Positions 17,675-20,000 of a DNA stretch of 20,000 nucleotides are shown here, piece after piece. The DNA lies in assembly GCF_004010195.1 (NCBI RefSeq), contig NC_057728.1, positions 49,712,358-49,732,357 of the forward strand. Reading direction: 5' to 3'. The notes beneath the pieces are model-generated. The model saw nothing but the letters and a program-made list of their open reading frames with translations, had not been told where the DNA came from and did no database searches. The first letter of the stretch is position 1; every line of letters begins with the position of its first letter. The translations under genes were made by a program, and so were the position numbers. Source of the stretch: Chiloscyllium plagiosum (taxonomy: Eukaryota).

Positions 17675-18044
17675 TGGTGCTTTGTGATAGCGCCTGTTCT
17701 CACAATACGCTGCTGTTATCTATCTGTTACCTTTCTGGGAGGGAAGAATGAAAGCTTTAGTGACATGAAAATTGCACATTTCAGAGCTCTGAGAGGCAGA
17801 GGGATCTCGGTGTGCTAGTGCCTGAATCACAGAAGGTTAATTTGCAGATACAGCAAGCAATTAGGTGAAAGGTTATCAGGGATTGACGTAACCAGATCAC
17901 CTGTGATCTTATTCAGTGTCAAGGCAGGCTCAAGGGGTCGAATGGCTGACACCGACTGTTTGTTCATCTGTTGTAAATCAATTGATAATAATCATGACTT
18001 TGATATAAAGCAAAATGCTGGACCTTTTGAAATGTACTGCTGTA

Positions 18045-18600
18045 TGGAGTCTGAAAGACTTGGCTGTTCACAAATACACCTTTATTTGTCAGTATTTCCA
18101 TTCTGATTTAAAGCCCAAGGTGGATGTTTCTATCCCTCACATGTGCACCCCTTTACCTGAACTCCTTTAGTAACACCTTTTCCACACATCCCTCAAAACC
18201 TGGACCAGGTTCAAGTCCACTGGTGTTAATCTTAAAACTTCCAGTGCCTCCACAGCCTTTAGTGAAGGAAGAGATTTCCATTCCCTTCCTTCGAAAAAAT
18301 GTTTGCTGAATTTGCTCCAAAATGACTACTTTTTTAAGGTAGTGGTTATTTATCTGGATTTCATTCTCTCGAGGCAATAAAAATCTGTTTAATAATTTGA
18401 CACTTCAGTTAGATCAGCCCTCAGTTTTCTACAGTGGAGCACAAGCGTTGTGACTCTAACTTTTAATTTAACCATTTCCATTTCACTATCAATCTGTGCT
18501 ATTTCCTTTCAAAAGCTAGTCTACCCTTCCTGATGTGTGGAACCTCAAACTAACTACAGTGACTCTGATAGGGCCTGACTCAGACTCTGTATAACTTAAG
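18045..18600 (-). mobile_element. Old CR1-type LINE 3' fragment
   Basis: cctccacagccttt...gagatttcca...ttagatcagccctca...cccttcctga.gtgtgg...aaactaactacagt.actc follows the antisense CR1 pattern. Confidence 0.5.
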
Positions 18601-18774
18601 CATTGCATTGCCATCCTCACCTACCCTCACACCCAGCCTTGCTCCATGTGTATTCCAAGCTGTTTGTGATGACCGACTACGTAATATTGATTGGAAATTA
18701 TTAACCATATCTAAACCTTGCTCCTGTTCCATTTACTGCCCAATGGCAAACTGAGATGTATGTCTCATGTCATT

Positions 18775-19250
18775 TATAGAACCATAGAATTTACAGTACA
18801 GGTGAAGGCCATTCAATATGTGATGTCTACACTGGCTCCCCAAACAGCTACCCAGCTAGTCCCACTTTCTAACCCTATCAGCCCTTTAAATTCATCCCTT
18901 TCAAATATATATCCAGCCCTCTTTTGAAACCTCCTATGGAATCAGCCTCCCCCACTCTCCCATGCAGCACATTCCAAATCCTAACAACTTTCTCCTCATC
19001 TCACTCCTAGCTCTCTTGCTGACCATCTTGAAGTTGTGACCCCTTGTTACTGATATGATACCTCGTGCAAATAGAATATTCTTCTTACCCCTGTTAAATT
19101 GTTCATAATTTTGACCACTTAATAATGCCACCTTAATCTTCTCTGCACCAAGGAGAATAAGCCCAATTTCTCTAATCTTTCCCTGTATCTAAAATCCCTC
19201 ATTCCTGATATCTTTCTAGTAGCACTCTCTCCAGAGCTTGAGCATCCATT
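18775..19250 (-). mobile_element. CR1-type LINE 3' fragment
   Basis: atagaaccatagaatttacagtacagg tail...tccagccctcttttgaa...cattccaaatcctaacaac...cttaatcttctctgc.ccaaggagaataagccca. Confidence 0.65.
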
Positions 19251-19597
19251 TGTCTAACTATAACGTTTTTATCGAAAGGTGTCTGTTTAAATTGGGCAAA
19301 GCTCCCAACTGAAGGGAAAGTCGTTCAATGGTCCTGCTTCACAGGATTTGCTGAGATGATTCTTGTAAACACCAGAACGTTGACTCACATTCTTCCTCCT
19401 CGGGATGCTTTCACTTGTTTGTAGGAGGGACAGGATGACTGGTTCATACGTAAAATAAACGGCGATGATGTTTGAATTAAAATTCACAGTCTACAGGAAT
19501 TGCTGGAAAAATAAAGTGGTTTTCTTCAGACTTAAAATTGCAGAGAACAGAGATAAAGTTAGAGCCTGTGGCAAGATCTGGTGGCTTCTCACTATCT

Positions 19598-19712
19598 TCA
19601 TAGAATCCCTGCAATGTGGAAGCAGGCCATTCAGCCCATTCCGACCCTCCACAGAGTATCCTACCCAGACCCATCCCCCATCCTTGTAACCCTGCATTTC
19701 CCATGGCTACCC
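19598..19712 (-). mobile_element. HE1-like SINE 3' part, antisense, truncated at a Penelope-like element
   Basis: catagaatccctgcaatgtgg..gcaggccattc...acccagac...tgtaaccctgcatttcccatggcta is homologous to 15690..15812. Confidence 0.75.
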
Positions 19713-19876
19713 CACCTCCCACCACCAAACCATCATCTCCCAGACCATCCAGAACCTCATCACCTCAGGGGATCATCCCCCATCCTTGTAACCCTGCATT
19801 TCCCATGGCTACCCCACCTCCCACCACCAAACCATCATCTCCCAGACCATCCAGAACCTCATCACCTCAGGGGATC
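19673..19876. repeat. Perfect 102-bp tandem duplication (19673..19774 = 19775..19876)
   Basis: The two copies are identical base for base; also visible as duplicated peptides in the ORF track. Confidence 0.95.
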
Positions 19877-20000
19877 TCCCATCCACTGCCTCCAACCTCA
19901 TAGTCCCACAACCCCGCACTGCCCGTTTCTACCTCCAGCCCAAAATCCACAAACCTGACTGCCCCGGCTGACCCATTGTCTCAGCCTGCTCCTGCCCCAC
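19811..20000 (+). mobile_element. Penelope-like element reverse transcriptase fragment (pseudogenised; runs off the window)
   Basis: Frame reads PTSHHQTIISQTIQNLITSGDLPSTASNLIVPQPRTARFYLQPKIHKPDCPG*PIVSACSCP. FY..PKIHK...RPIVS is the hallmark N-terminal motif of PLE RTs; the Arg codon is now TGA at 19969..19971. Confidence 0.85.

Noticed and set aside
19581..19958. Pro/His-rich repeat protein ORFs
   Set aside because: These are off-frame readings of the SINE/PLE junction and its 102-bp duplication; the meaningful frame is the stop-containing RT.
17700..20000. Exons of a convergent neighbour gene (ARL1 follows UTP20 in human, from recall)
   Set aside because: No ARL1-like peptide is visible in the minus-strand frames I read; any neighbour lies beyond the window.

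Overview
Vertebrate genomic DNA, almost certainly a shark or other elasmobranch judging from its repeat families (HE1-like V-SINEs, HER1/CR1 LINE relics, SacSINE1-like DeuSINEs). The window holds the 3' end of UTP20 (small-subunit processome component 20) on the + strand. Twelve GT-AG coding exons, join(606..716,1273..1352,2334..2403,3707..3889,4896..5027,6496..6628,7933..8129,10141..10212,11115..11369,12511..12637,13853..13998,17337..17492), splice in phase into 553 aa plus a TGA stop, followed by an AATAAA at 17669. The introns and 3' flank are packed with retroelement relics, two oppositely oriented 33-bp SINE-derived minisatellites, a Tc1/mariner-type MITE and a Penelope-like RT fragment. 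The most notable signal is a set of short Penelope-like insertions from several families. They carry minimal type I hammerhead-ribozyme motifs (best at 5200..5239 on - and 17027..17062 on +), and several have target-site duplications or fold-back arms. Repeat family names come from recall of consensus sequences, not from database searches, and repeat boundaries are approximate.
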